Shown in pieces: positions 50,340-59,740 of a stretch of DNA of 64,000 nt. The notes under the pieces were generated by a model. It was given only the letters and a program-made list of their open reading frames with translations, had not been told where the DNA came from and made no database searches. Origin of the DNA: Actinomycetes bacterium (GTDB lineage: Bacteria; Actinomycetota; Actinomycetes; Nanopelagicales; Nanopelagicaceae); assembly GCA_037143635.1 (NCBI GenBank), contig JBAWYI010000001.1, forward strand, positions 497-64,496, given 5' to 3'. Made by a program: the position numbers and the translations under genes. The number at the start of each line of letters is the position of its first letter. Within the stretch, counting starts at the first letter, position 1.

Positions 50340-50885
50340 TTATGGCGCGCCATTCAGGGTGTAATCCGCAGCATTCTTACTTAATTCCATCAAAAAATGA
50401 TTATTTTGATCAATCAAAAATTTCAACATTTCCTCTTTTACCTGATCACCATCTCGGATGATTACTCGCTTATAACCAAGATCTGGGTCGCACTCAATCC
50501 AGATAATCTTATTTATATATGGACGGAACTCTCTTTGAGCAGCACCGACTCCTTCGAGAATTAAGTATCTAGATTTCGGAACAGCTTTAAAATCTGTGAA
50601 TCTGTTTAATTTCCAATTAAATATTTGATAAGAGACTGACAGTTGTTTACTTAAGGGGTCAAGTAATTGAGATATAACGCGAGCAGTTAGCTTTTGCGAT
50701 AAAGGGTTATTCCAGCCATCATAAAGATCATCCATATGTACAACATGCGAATTATCCAGATCATTTGCTAACTTAAGAGCCAATGTAGTTTTACCAGAGC
50801 CGGCAACACCATCAATCGCAATTACGGTTGTACCATCATTTTTAATACTACTAATTTCTTGCAAAATACTTTGATAATCAATCAT
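50340..50885 (-). CDS. P-loop nucleoside-kinase-like protein (uridine kinase fold), candidate thiamine kinase
   Basis: IAIDGVAGSGKT, HMDDLYDGW, ILEGVG; ATG 50885 overlaps the transporter stop. Confidence 0.75.
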   Translation of the reverse strand: MIDYQSILQEISSIKNDGTTVIAIDGVAGSGKTTLALKLANDLDNSHVVHMDDLYDGWNNPLSQKLTARVISQLLDPLSKQLSVSYQIFNWKLNRFTDFKAVPKSRYLILEGVGAAQREFRPYINKIIWIECDPDLGYKRVIIRDGDQVKEEMLKFLIDQNNHFLMELSKNAADYTLNGAP

Positions 50886-51453
50886 TAGTGAATTTTTTCG
50901 ATTCCCTATTCCAACGAATCCAACCCCAAATTGCAATTGCAGTAAATATTAAATATAGAAAGCTTGTTAAATATAGTTGTCCGTTAAAATACTGATATGT
51001 GTATGCTGAATCAACAATTAGCCAGAGCGGCCATGCTTCAAACCTTTGCCAGATCATAAGTAGTTGAGCAATTACACTACCAACAAAGCCAAATGCTTCA
51101 ATTGCCGACGAAGCCGCGCCAATTTTAGTAAGAATTGGCCACAGAGATGTTGTTGCTATACATAAAACTAGAAATACAAGAAGCCGTTCTTTATTATTTG
51201 ATTTTCTCGGTTTTGCCCCAGTTATTCCCCAGCCAAACCATCCCATTACTCCGCCAGCAATAAATATAAATTGAAGTGCGCTACTTGCATAGTATGCAGA
51301 TTGATAAAAAAGAACTGCGTATAGCAAGCTACTGATCGACCACCATGGCCAGGTTGTACGTGGACCTAATACACCGAGAATTACGCCCACCAATGAGGTA
51401 ATAAACGCAATTGTTTCTAAAATAGAAATAAGTAACTCCCTTCCAATTCGCAT
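50878..51453 (-). CDS. PnuC-family vitamin transporter, probable thiamine transporter PnuT (true start may be ATT 51429)
   Basis: WPWW, LQ..F..GW.GW, AQLLM, EAWPLWLIVD, WGWIRW; TPP riboswitch upstream. Confidence 0.85.
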   Translation of the reverse strand: MRIGRELLISILETIAFITSLVGVILGVLGPRTTWPWWSISSLLYAVLFYQSAYYASSALQFIFIAGGVMGWFGWGITGAKPRKSNNKERLLVFLVLCIATTSLWPILTKIGAASSAIEAFGFVGSVIAQLLMIWQRFEAWPLWLIVDSAYTYQYFNGQLYLTSFLYLIFTAIAIWGWIRWNRESKKFTND

Positions 51454-51522
51454 TACCGAACTGGTCAACCGGTCGGTCTGAAGATCAGACCCTCTCAGCT
51501 AAATCTCTTAGCTCCCGTGTTA
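51433..51522 (-). ncRNA. TPP riboswitch
   Basis: Minus strand AACACGGGAGC-TAAGAGATTTA-GCTGAGAGG-GTCTGA(TCT)TCAGAC-CGACCG-GTTGACC-AGTTCG-GTAATG-CGAATT-GGAAGGGAGTTA; hallmark GGGAGC/GCTGAGA and GTAATG loop. Confidence 0.82.
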
Positions 51523-51569
51523 TTTATCCTAGCGCAGGAAACTTGGAAAAAGTTGTCTATAGTTACCGT

Positions 51570-51899
51570 GTGCTTAAGTTTGGTTATATGGCAATGCTCC
51601 TTTTCACAGTCTTTGGTTCATTCTGGCTTGAAATCGTATTGAAAATTGGCGTCCTAAAAAGAATTAAAAGAGTACTTCTTAGCATTCTTCCGGTAATAAT
51701 TTTTTTCTTGATCTGGGATGCATATGCAATTGATCGTGGCCATTGGTATTTTGACCATAATCAGATTCTTGGAATATTTGGGCCGTTTAAGATCCCACTG
51801 GAGGAGTTCCTTTTCTTTCTTATCGTCCCAATCGCTGCCATTATGACAATTGAAGGAGTTAGAACGGTTAAAAAGCATTGGAAAGTTGGAGACGAGTAA
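51570..51899 (+). CDS. crtYc: Heterodimeric lycopene cyclase subunit
   Basis: WDAYAI..GHW.F, PLEEFLFF motif; GTG start 6 nt after TATAGT. Confidence 0.85.
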   Translation: MLKFGYMAMLLFTVFGSFWLEIVLKIGVLKRIKRVLLSILPVIIFFLIWDAYAIDRGHWYFDHNQILGIFGPFKIPLEEFLFFLIVPIAAIMTIEGVRTVKKHWKVGDE

Positions 51900-52204
51900 T
51901 GATCTATTCAGATATTGCTATCTTCGCACTCCTATTTGCTGTTTTTTTTGATCTGTTTCTAATTAAAACTCAATTACTTACTAGGGCTGTTTTTTGGACA
52001 AGCTATGCAATTATTTTGCCATTTCAATTACTAACAAATTGGTGGCTAACCTCTCGCAATATCGTTATGTATAACCCGGATGCAATAATGGGCATCAGGG
52101 TTGCATCTGCTCCAATTGAAGACCTTTTATTTGGATTTGCCTTAGTGCTTTCGGTTATGGCTATGTGGATTTATTGGGGTCGCAAAGGAATACAAAGAAA
52201 ATAA
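51899..52204 (+). CDS. crtYd: Heterodimeric lycopene cyclase subunit
   Basis: IVMYN, APIEDLLFGF; TAATG coupling with crtYc. Confidence 0.85.
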   Translation: MIYSDIAIFALLFAVFFDLFLIKTQLLTRAVFWTSYAIILPFQLLTNWWLTSRNIVMYNPDAIMGIRVASAPIEDLLFGFALVLSVMAMWIYWGRKGIQRK

Positions 52205-53116
52205 CTACCGAGAGTTTCGCGCTTTGATGTACGCCGGAAGTGCAACCTTTAATCTTCGCCAATTTGATGTCTTGGCCCGTTTATTAAATATTTGATAATC
52301 AATTTTTTCAACTTCATCAACTATTCCACAATACAATTCACTAGCAGCTTCTATACATGCCCTGCTTTCAACGCTTAGTAAATTGATACCAGCCTTTGAT
52401 TCTGCTTGTAAACTTCGAACTCTTTTAATTTGTTCTTTTAAGGCATTTTTAATTTGTGGTGTAACAATTCTCTCTTCCAACATTTCCCTCGTCACTCCGT
52501 GGGACTGAAGCTCAGTTACTGGAAGATAAACTCGACCTCGAGTTAAATCTTCACCAATATCCCTAATAAAATTTGCTAATTGAAATGCGGTACCGAGTTT
52601 TTCAGCGGCAATATTTGCTTCAATCATTGATTGCTTTGACACTGTTCCTAAAATAGGCACCATTTGTAAACCAATAACAGCCGCAGATCCGTAAACATAC
52701 TCGTATAAATCTTCATAGGTGTGATATTCAGTAACAGTTAGATCCATAGTCATTGAATGAAGAAATGCTTCAAAATATGAAATTGGAATACTAAACCTGT
52801 TTACAGTATCTACCAGAGCAGCACCAATATGATCATGGCTTTTTCCTGATTTAATATTTGCCAGTACTTCATCACCCCAACTCTTTAAAGATTGTGCTTT
52901 TTCATTCTCACTTAAAGTTGAAGCTAAATCATCAACTATCTCATCGGCATATCTGGCAAATCCATATAGAGCGTGAACAAATGGGCGTTTTTCTGGCGGT
53001 AGCAATCTTGTTGCTAGAAAATAAGTTTTACCATGTAAGTTGTTAAGCCGTTTACATTCAAGATATGAGTTGCGAAGTTCTGGATCAGTAATACCAGCTG
53101 ATGTTAATTCATCCAT
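52205..53116 (-). CDS. crtB: Phytoene synthase
   Basis: HGKTYFLAT, RYADEIVD, AFQLANFIRDIGED, RGRVYLP. Confidence 0.95.
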   Translation of the reverse strand: MDELTSAGITDPELRNSYLECKRLNNLHGKTYFLATRLLPPEKRPFVHALYGFARYADEIVDDLASTLSENEKAQSLKSWGDEVLANIKSGKSHDHIGAALVDTVNRFSIPISYFEAFLHSMTMDLTVTEYHTYEDLYEYVYGSAAVIGLQMVPILGTVSKQSMIEANIAAEKLGTAFQLANFIRDIGEDLTRGRVYLPVTELQSHGVTREMLEERIVTPQIKNALKEQIKRVRSLQAESKAGINLLSVESRACIEAASELYCGIVDEVEKIDYQIFNKRAKTSNWRRLKVALPAYIKARNSR

Positions 53117-53120
53117 ATTC

Positions 53121-54605
53121 TTACTTGACAGGTCCAACTATTCGTTCTGCAGCAAGGCGGCCAGAGATTAATACCATTGGAACACCAACCCCTGGTTGAG
53201 TTCCAGATCCAGCGAAAACAACATTTTCAAATCCTTTTGCTAAATTTCGTGGCCGAAATGGTCCAGTTTGGAAAAATGTGTGTGCACTTGCAAATGGTGC
53301 ACCTTGCGCCATTCCTTGTTTCTGCCAGTCAAGGGGAGTTGTTAATTGCTCAACTTCGATCCCATCTCCAAATCCTTCGTAGCCTCGTTCCTCCAAAGCT
53401 TTAATCATTTCTGCCTTATATTTTGGACCAATTTTTTCCCAATCAATATCAGCAGTTAAATTCGGAGTTGGAAATAGTACGTAGTAAGAAGATTTTCCAG
53501 CCGGTGCAAGAGAAGGGTCATCTTTTGATGGCACGGTTACCAAAATGCTTGGATCACTCATTAAAGTTTTCTTTTTTATTAATTCATCAAAGACGCCATC
53601 CCATGATTTACCGAAATGAATATTGTGATGTGCAAGATGGTCATAACTCTTATTGGATCCAACAAGCAATGTGACGCATGAAGGGGAGTACTTGAGGCGC
53701 TTGACTGACAAAGGTTCTTTGCCAAGCAGGTCGCGCCAAGCAACCGGAAGATCTGGGTTAAGCACAAAAACATCTGCGGTAATTCGTTCGCCACTTTCAG
53801 TTATTACGGCAGTTGCTCTACCATTTTTCTTTTCGACTGAAGTAACCGTTGTATTGTATTTAAATGTAACTCCATGCTTTTCAGCAGCTGCGGCAAGTGC
53901 TCGTGGGACAGCATGCATTCCACCTTTAGGAAAAAATACTCCGTTAACCGAATCCATATAAGCAATGACTGCGTAAATTGCTAAAGCTTGTTGTGGACTT
54001 ACACCGGCATACATAGCTTGGAAAGAGTAAACCTTTTGTGTTCTTGGATCTTTTAGGAATTGGTTTACCTTTGGCGCTAATTTACGAAAACCACCAAGTG
54101 CAACCAAACGAGCTAAGTTTGGTGTTAGTAAATTAAGCGGGGAATCAATATTACGATCAATAAAGTCATTCATCTCATACTTATATAACTTAGTAACAAA
54201 CTCTACATATCGGCCATAGCCAGCCGCTTCCTCTTGACTAATCGTTTTTGCAATCTCAGCTTGCATTTGATTTGTATCTGCGTGCACATCAAGTTGGGAA
54301 CCATCATGATAGAAAGCACGATAAAGCGGCTTTAGTGGTACTAAATCAAGCCAATCCTTAATATCTTCCCCTACGCATGCAAGGGCATCTGCAATTAGAT
54401 CAGGCATAGTTAGCACTGAAGGACCTGTATCAAATGAGTATCCAGATTTATTCAGTAAACCATTTCGCCCACCTGGAACACTTTCTCGCTCTACGACTGT
54501 GACTTTTCTGCCAGCACCAGCTAGGCGTAGCGCCGCACTTAAGCCAGCAAGGCCGGCGCCAACAACTACAACATGATCTGTTGGTCCCTTAACTTTTGCA
54601 ACCAA
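53121..54605 (-). CDS. crtI: Phytoene desaturase
   Basis: GAGLAGL FAD site, FDTGPSVLTMP, QPGVGVPMVLISG; between crtE and crtB. Confidence 0.94.
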   Translation of the reverse strand: MVAKVKGPTDHVVVVGAGLAGLSAALRLAGAGRKVTVVERESVPGGRNGLLNKSGYSFDTGPSVLTMPDLIADALACVGEDIKDWLDLVPLKPLYRAFYHDGSQLDVHADTNQMQAEIAKTISQEEAAGYGRYVEFVTKLYKYEMNDFIDRNIDSPLNLLTPNLARLVALGGFRKLAPKVNQFLKDPRTQKVYSFQAMYAGVSPQQALAIYAVIAYMDSVNGVFFPKGGMHAVPRALAAAAEKHGVTFKYNTTVTSVEKKNGRATAVITESGERITADVFVLNPDLPVAWRDLLGKEPLSVKRLKYSPSCVTLLVGSNKSYDHLAHHNIHFGKSWDGVFDELIKKKTLMSDPSILVTVPSKDDPSLAPAGKSSYYVLFPTPNLTADIDWEKIGPKYKAEMIKALEERGYEGFGDGIEVEQLTTPLDWQKQGMAQGAPFASAHTFFQTGPFRPRNLAKGFENVVFAGSGTQPGVGVPMVLISGRLAAERIVGPVK

Positions 54606-54607
54606 AA

Positions 54608-55681
54608 TTAAATCTTTCTACTAGTAGCAATTACTGCCAATTGAGTTAGTAACTCTCTGCCAATTGGGTGGATCTCTTCAAAGTTTAGCGCGCTAAGTGA
54701 TGTATTAGTTAGCTCTTCAATCATTAATTCAATGTGAGCAAGGGCACCTGTTTGAGTAATTATTTCTTGCATTTGTTCAACCTGTGAGGTGTTTAGATTT
54801 GAATTGCCTAAACCACTTTTAAGTTCTTTTTCCTGGACTTGATTTGCTTTATCAATAGCAACAGCCATTAAAACTGTGCGCTTGCCCTCTCTTAAATCAT
54901 CACCTGCTGGCTTACCAGTCTCAGCTGGATCACCAAAGACACCAAGGACATCATCGCGTAATTGAAAAGCTTCCCCAAGTGGAATTCCATATTTTGTATA
55001 GGAGTTAATTAATGCATTTGAAGCTCCACCAAGTGTTGCACCAAAATGCAGCGGGCGTTCAATTGTGTATTTTCCAGATTTATATCTGGCAACTTTTAAT
55101 GACCGCTCGATACTTTGAGTGCCAAGTGATTGTTCATAAACATCTAAGTACTGCCCTGCCATTAACTCAACTCTCATCTCATCGTATACAGGCAATATTT
55201 TGATAAGTTGTTCACTCGCTAAACCTGCTGTGTGTAGCATCTGCGCGGACCAAATAAGTGCTAAGTCGCCCATTAAAATTGCAGATGAAACGCCAAATTG
55301 AGATGGGGAACCTACTAAGTTTTTATCTCGATGCATTTTTTCAAACGCCTTGTGGATACTTAAAGCTCCACGCCTAGTATCTGATCCATCCATAACATCA
55401 TCGTGAATTAATGCGCAGACGTGAACAAGTTCAAGACTTGATATCGCTTGAATAATTTCTGCATTTGAATTAGATCCAGTGCCAAGTAGGCCGACATATG
55501 CAAAAAGTGGTCTAAGTCTTTTGCCACTATCTAATAGGAATTTTTCAATTTCATTTGCTACTGGGTCTAACTCTGGTCCGATTTGTGCTAAGTATTTGTT
55601 TTCGCCTCGAATGAATTCACCAAGGGAGTGATTTATCTCAGAGCGCATCGATTTAAGATCGAAAGAAGAGGAAAAACTCAC
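54608..55681 (-). CDS. crtE: Geranylgeranyl diphosphate synthase
   Basis: GKRLRP, LIHDDVMD..RRG, GQYLD, FQLRDD, DLREGK. Confidence 0.92.
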   Translation of the reverse strand: MSFSSSFDLKSMRSEINHSLGEFIRGENKYLAQIGPELDPVANEIEKFLLDSGKRLRPLFAYVGLLGTGSNSNAEIIQAISSLELVHVCALIHDDVMDGSDTRRGALSIHKAFEKMHRDKNLVGSPSQFGVSSAILMGDLALIWSAQMLHTAGLASEQLIKILPVYDEMRVELMAGQYLDVYEQSLGTQSIERSLKVARYKSGKYTIERPLHFGATLGGASNALINSYTKYGIPLGEAFQLRDDVLGVFGDPAETGKPAGDDLREGKRTVLMAVAIDKANQVQEKELKSGLGNSNLNTSQVEQMQEIITQTGALAHIELMIEELTNTSLSALNFEEIHPIGRELLTQLAVIATSRKI

Positions 55682-55704
55682 GGCGCAACGGTACCCTGCC
55701 TGCT
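55682..55704. promoter_or_regulatory. Bidirectional leaderless promoter for crtE and metF
   Basis: Plus-strand TACCCT (55692-55697) 7 nt before metF GTG; minus-strand TACCGT (55693-55688) 6 nt before crtE GTG. Confidence 0.6.
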
Positions 55705-56571
55705 GTGAGCCAAGATCTGAGAACCACCACCTTCTCCCTTGAGTTCTTCCCGCCTAAAGATGTAGCAGGTGAAGAACGGCTATGGCAGGCCCTTGGCCAG
55801 TTACAACCGTTGAAACCTGATTTTGTATCGGTCACTTATGGGGCAGGTGGGTCAACTCGGGATAGAACGATTCGAGTTACAACTGAGATAACAGCTAGAA
55901 CGTCTATTCCAACCGTTGCGCATTTAACATGCGTAGGTTCAACTCGATCAGAATTAATTGAAATTCTAAAACAGTATAAGAGTGCTGGGATTAAAAGTAT
56001 TTTGGCACTTAGAGGAGATCCACAAAGTGGTCCAAGAGGAGTTTGGCAAGAGAATATTGATGGCTTCAACCATGCTGATCAGTTAGTTGAATTAGCAATT
56101 CAAACCGGAGATTTTAAAGTTGGCGTTGCAGCTTTTCCAGATGGGCACCCAGCCTCAAATTTTGACTTCGAAAAAGATGTTGATGTTCTAATACGCAAAG
56201 AAGAGTTAGGGGCAACTTTTGCAACTACTCAGTTTTTCTTTGAAGTAAGTAAATGGCAAAAGTTAGTTGACCGATTAGCTAAACGCGGATCGACTCTTCC
56301 AATAATTGCAGGGGTATTGCCAATTACTAATTTAAAACAATTAAATCGAATGAGTGAATTGAGTGGAACCCAGGTGCCATATGAAATTTTAAAGCACTTT
56401 GAAGGAAAAGAAGATAATCCAGAAGAAGTGAAGAAAATTGGAATAGATATTGCTACTTCGCTAGGTGAAAAATTGTTAGAACTTAAAGCACCCGGAATCC
56501 ATTTTTATACGATGAACTCATCTGAATCAACTGTGGCTATTGCAAAAAATTTAGGACTAATAAAACCATGA
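55705..56571 (+). CDS. metF: 5,10-methylenetetrahydrofolate reductase
   Basis: SLEFFPPK, SVTYGAGGS, AHLTC, ALRGD, TQFFF, HFYTMN. Confidence 0.96.
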   Translation: MSQDLRTTTFSLEFFPPKDVAGEERLWQALGQLQPLKPDFVSVTYGAGGSTRDRTIRVTTEITARTSIPTVAHLTCVGSTRSELIEILKQYKSAGIKSILALRGDPQSGPRGVWQENIDGFNHADQLVELAIQTGDFKVGVAAFPDGHPASNFDFEKDVDVLIRKEELGATFATTQFFFEVSKWQKLVDRLAKRGSTLPIIAGVLPITNLKQLNRMSELSGTQVPYEILKHFEGKEDNPEEVKKIGIDIATSLGEKLLELKAPGIHFYTMNSSESTVAIAKNLGLIKP

Positions 56572-57185
56572 GCAGAGAGGAGTTTTTCTCTACTTGGAGT
56601 GACCTACATGGGAATGCAAAAATTTCTGGAATTGTTAAAGCCTGGCTAAGTATTTCATATTTAATTGTTAAGCCAATTTCGAGAGTTAGAATTACGCCTA
56701 ATATTTTAACAATGTTCGGACTTTTTTTTGGCGTGATTTTATTTTTAAATGCTAATACATCTTGGGCATCAGTATTACTTGTTCTCTCCTTAATTTGCGA
56801 TGGTATAGATGGAAGTTTGGCGATACTAACCAAAAAATCCACAAAGTGGGGAGCGATTTTAGATTCAGTAGTTGATCGGCTAACTGAAATTTTTTGGGTA
56901 TTAGCACTTTATAAAATTGGTGCAGATTTAAAGCTACTGGTTTTAGTCCTACTCACTGCGTCACTACAAGAGTATGTAAGGGCTCGCTCTGCTGGCTTAG
57001 GTGTTTCTGAAGTTGGCATTGTCACCTTTGCCGAGCGCCCAGTTAGAGCCTCCTTTGTATTTATTGTATTCATTTCTTTGCAGTTTGATTTTATAATTTA
57101 TAACCAAATTATTTTATTTTGGTTACTCCTTCAACTATTTAGCTTATTTACACTAGTTAGATTTACTTACTCTAAATTGCTCTAA
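56568..57185 (+). CDS. CDP-alcohol phosphatidyltransferase family protein
   Basis: TPNILT and DGIDGSLA...GAILDSVVD motif. Confidence 0.88.
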   Translation: MSREEFFSTWSDLHGNAKISGIVKAWLSISYLIVKPISRVRITPNILTMFGLFFGVILFLNANTSWASVLLVLSLICDGIDGSLAILTKKSTKWGAILDSVVDRLTEIFWVLALYKIGADLKLLVLVLLTASLQEYVRARSAGLGVSEVGIVTFAERPVRASFVFIVFISLQFDFIIYNQIILFWLLLQLFSLFTLVRFTYSKLL

Positions 57186-58675
57186 GCCTTACCAATAGCA
57201 TTCGCAACAATCTCTGCACTTATCCCTACTAGTGGTAATCCGCCTCCAGGGTGAGCAGATCCACCAACACAGAACAACCCATTAATTTTTGATCTATTTT
57301 TAGCCCGCATAAAAGCAGACGCAGGGGAGTTACTTGATGTTCCATAGATAGATCCACCAGGTGCTAATGCATAATTTTCTAAATCTGCTGGTGTTCTAAA
57401 CTTCATAAAATCTAATCGGTTTGAAACATTTAAGCCAAGTTGATCAAGTTTCTTAATAATCTTTTCAGCATACTTATCGCCCCCATTGTTCCAATTCCAG
57501 CCATTTTCTACATCATGCCTTGGCGCATTTACTAAAACAAACCAGGCTTCTTTATCTATTCCCTTAACCATAGAGTTATCTTTTGGTGCGCATACATAAA
57601 TTGTTGGATCTGTAACTGGTATTTTTTTTGTGAAAATATCATCGAACTCTGCATCGTAGTTTTCCGGGAAATATACGTTGTGGTGTTCCAGATTAACCTT
57701 ATGACTCTTTGTATTATCTAAGCCAAGAAGCAAGGAAAATCCAGCTAAAGATTTAGTTGCAATTTTAAGTTTACGGCGCTCACTTTTCGCTTCTGATATC
57801 TCTTTCTTAATTAACCTGTTATATGTGTACTCGGCATCAGAATTTGAGACAACAAGATCTGAGTTAATTTCTCTGTTATTTTCTATCTTTATTCCTGTTA
57901 CTTGTCCAGCTTTTACTGAAATCTCAGTAACCAAAGTGTTGAATTCAAATTTAACTCCAAGGTCTAAGCATCTTTGCTCTAGTGCAACAGCAAGTTGTCC
58001 AATTCCACCTTTAATATGCCATGCACCAAATGTGCTCTCAACAAAAGCAATGGTGAGTAAAACTGCCGGTGCACTTCTTGGGTCACTTCCCGTATAAGTT
58101 GCATAGCGATCAACAATCATTTTAAGGTGGGGATCAACTTCAAATTTATTACTCAATTTTCGCAGAGATGTAAATGGGGAAATTTCCTTAATCTGTTTGA
58201 TTAAGTCCCACCGTTTAAGAAGTGGCCAAATTGAACGCAACTCAGATTCAACAAATGGCTCTCGTGATACCTCCCACATGCGTTCAGATCTTTCAATCAA
58301 TTTTCTCCATGAATTTGAAGCGTTTACTCCAAAAGATTTTTCAATTTCAATGTATGTCTTAGGGTTGGATAAGTTTGGAAAGGTTACGGACTTACCATCA
58401 GCAAACTGATAATTAAATGCTGGGTCTACTGGCTCGATATCAATTATATGTTCAATTCTTTTTCCGGTCTTAAGAAATAAGTCTCGATAAACTGCAGGTA
58501 AAGTGAGGAGTGAAGGACCAGTATCAAATGCGTAATCTCCAAACCATTCAGTACGACATTTACCGCCGGAGCGGTCACTATTTTCATAGATCGTTACATC
58601 ATGGCCATTTTTAGCAAGTCGGGCAGCTGCGCTCATTCCACCGATACCGGCGCCAATAACGGAAATGTTTGCCAT
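57182..58675 (-). CDS. crtD: Second carotenoid desaturase (CrtD-like 3,4-desaturase)
   Basis: GAGIGG, FDTGPSLLTLP, RYATY.GSDP, HPGGGLP; operon with cruF and GT2. Confidence 0.75.
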   Translation of the reverse strand: MANISVIGAGIGGMSAAARLAKNGHDVTIYENSDRSGGKCRTEWFGDYAFDTGPSLLTLPAVYRDLFLKTGKRIEHIIDIEPVDPAFNYQFADGKSVTFPNLSNPKTYIEIEKSFGVNASNSWRKLIERSERMWEVSREPFVESELRSIWPLLKRWDLIKQIKEISPFTSLRKLSNKFEVDPHLKMIVDRYATYTGSDPRSAPAVLLTIAFVESTFGAWHIKGGIGQLAVALEQRCLDLGVKFEFNTLVTEISVKAGQVTGIKIENNREINSDLVVSNSDAEYTYNRLIKKEISEAKSERRKLKIATKSLAGFSLLLGLDNTKSHKVNLEHHNVYFPENYDAEFDDIFTKKIPVTDPTIYVCAPKDNSMVKGIDKEAWFVLVNAPRHDVENGWNWNNGGDKYAEKIIKKLDQLGLNVSNRLDFMKFRTPADLENYALAPGGSIYGTSSNSPASAFMRAKNRSKINGLFCVGGSAHPGGGLPLVGISAEIVANAIGKA

Positions 58676-59740
58676 TTAGGAAAGTTTCCGATCTCGCCAA
58701 GTTAATCTGTTTGTTAACTTACCAATCCATGAATAAATAATTAATCCAATTAAAAAAATTATGGCTACTGGGTGGAGCAGAGCAGTGTTTGGAATAGTTC
58801 CAGTTCTAATCGATGAGATAACTCTACTTAAGACAATAAATCCAAATGCTAACAAACCTATTTTTGATCCAAAGATTGCACAGATAAATGGAGCTACTCC
58901 AGTAATGAAGAGAATTAGGATTGCCACAAATGTTCCAAAGATGGACCCAAAGGCCTTCCAAAGAGATTTACGGTAACCATTTACTAATTCACCAGCTGTT
59001 TTATACATCTGGCAGATTGCAACTTGGCTAGCCTCAGCAACACCGCCAGAAAATCCAGTTGCTAAAAGCTGTCGTGCCAGCATTATGTCGTCTATTACTT
59101 CCGATTTTACAGATTGGTGGCCGCCGGATTTAAAGTATGCATCCCTCTTAATTATTAAAAATTGTCCATTCGCCACTGCCATGCTTTTAATTCCAAGTTT
59201 TTGGCTGATAAATAATGGAACAGAGGCAAGCCATGACCATTGTAATAATGGTTGAAATAATCTTTGGATAAAGCCAGTCATAATCTGTCTTGGGTATGGA
59301 GATATAAAATCCCATTTTCCCATTTTTGATATTGCAGAAGCAACAGCATTATTGCTTAACCTCACATCCGCATCAATAAATACAAGGTATTCACCAGTAC
59401 TTGCATTAGCTAATTGATGACAAGCCCATAGTTTTCCCAACCAACCATCTGGCAAATTTGTGCCATCCAGTTTTTTAATATTTTTAAACTTAGATATAAG
59501 AATTGAAGTCTGATCTTCAGAGTTATCATCAAGGACAAGGACTTCAAAATTCCTTAGCCCCTCTTGGGAAGTAACAGAATTTATACATTGGACAACATTA
59601 GACTCTTCATTACGCATTGGGATGAGTATTGAAACTGAGCTTGTTACTGTTTCTGAACTATTTTTAACTACTTTAATTGTTAGGGCGTTTAATAAAGTTA
59701 GAGTCAGGGCTAACCCAGATAGAATTAAAGATAGTTCCAT
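58676..59740 (-). CDS. GT2 glycosyltransferase, probable carotenoid glycosyltransferase (CruG/CrtQ-like)
   Basis: IPMRNEE, GWLGK.WAC, DAD, ANGQF, C-terminal TM helices. Confidence 0.82.
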   Translation of the reverse strand: MELSLILSGLALTLTLLNALTIKVVKNSSETVTSSVSILIPMRNEESNVVQCINSVTSQEGLRNFEVLVLDDNSEDQTSILISKFKNIKKLDGTNLPDGWLGKLWACHQLANASTGEYLVFIDADVRLSNNAVASAISKMGKWDFISPYPRQIMTGFIQRLFQPLLQWSWLASVPLFISQKLGIKSMAVANGQFLIIKRDAYFKSGGHQSVKSEVIDDIMLARQLLATGFSGGVAEASQVAICQMYKTAGELVNGYRKSLWKAFGSIFGTFVAILILFITGVAPFICAIFGSKIGLLAFGFIVLSRVISSIRTGTIPNTALLHPVAIIFLIGLIIYSWIGKLTNRLTWRDRKLS

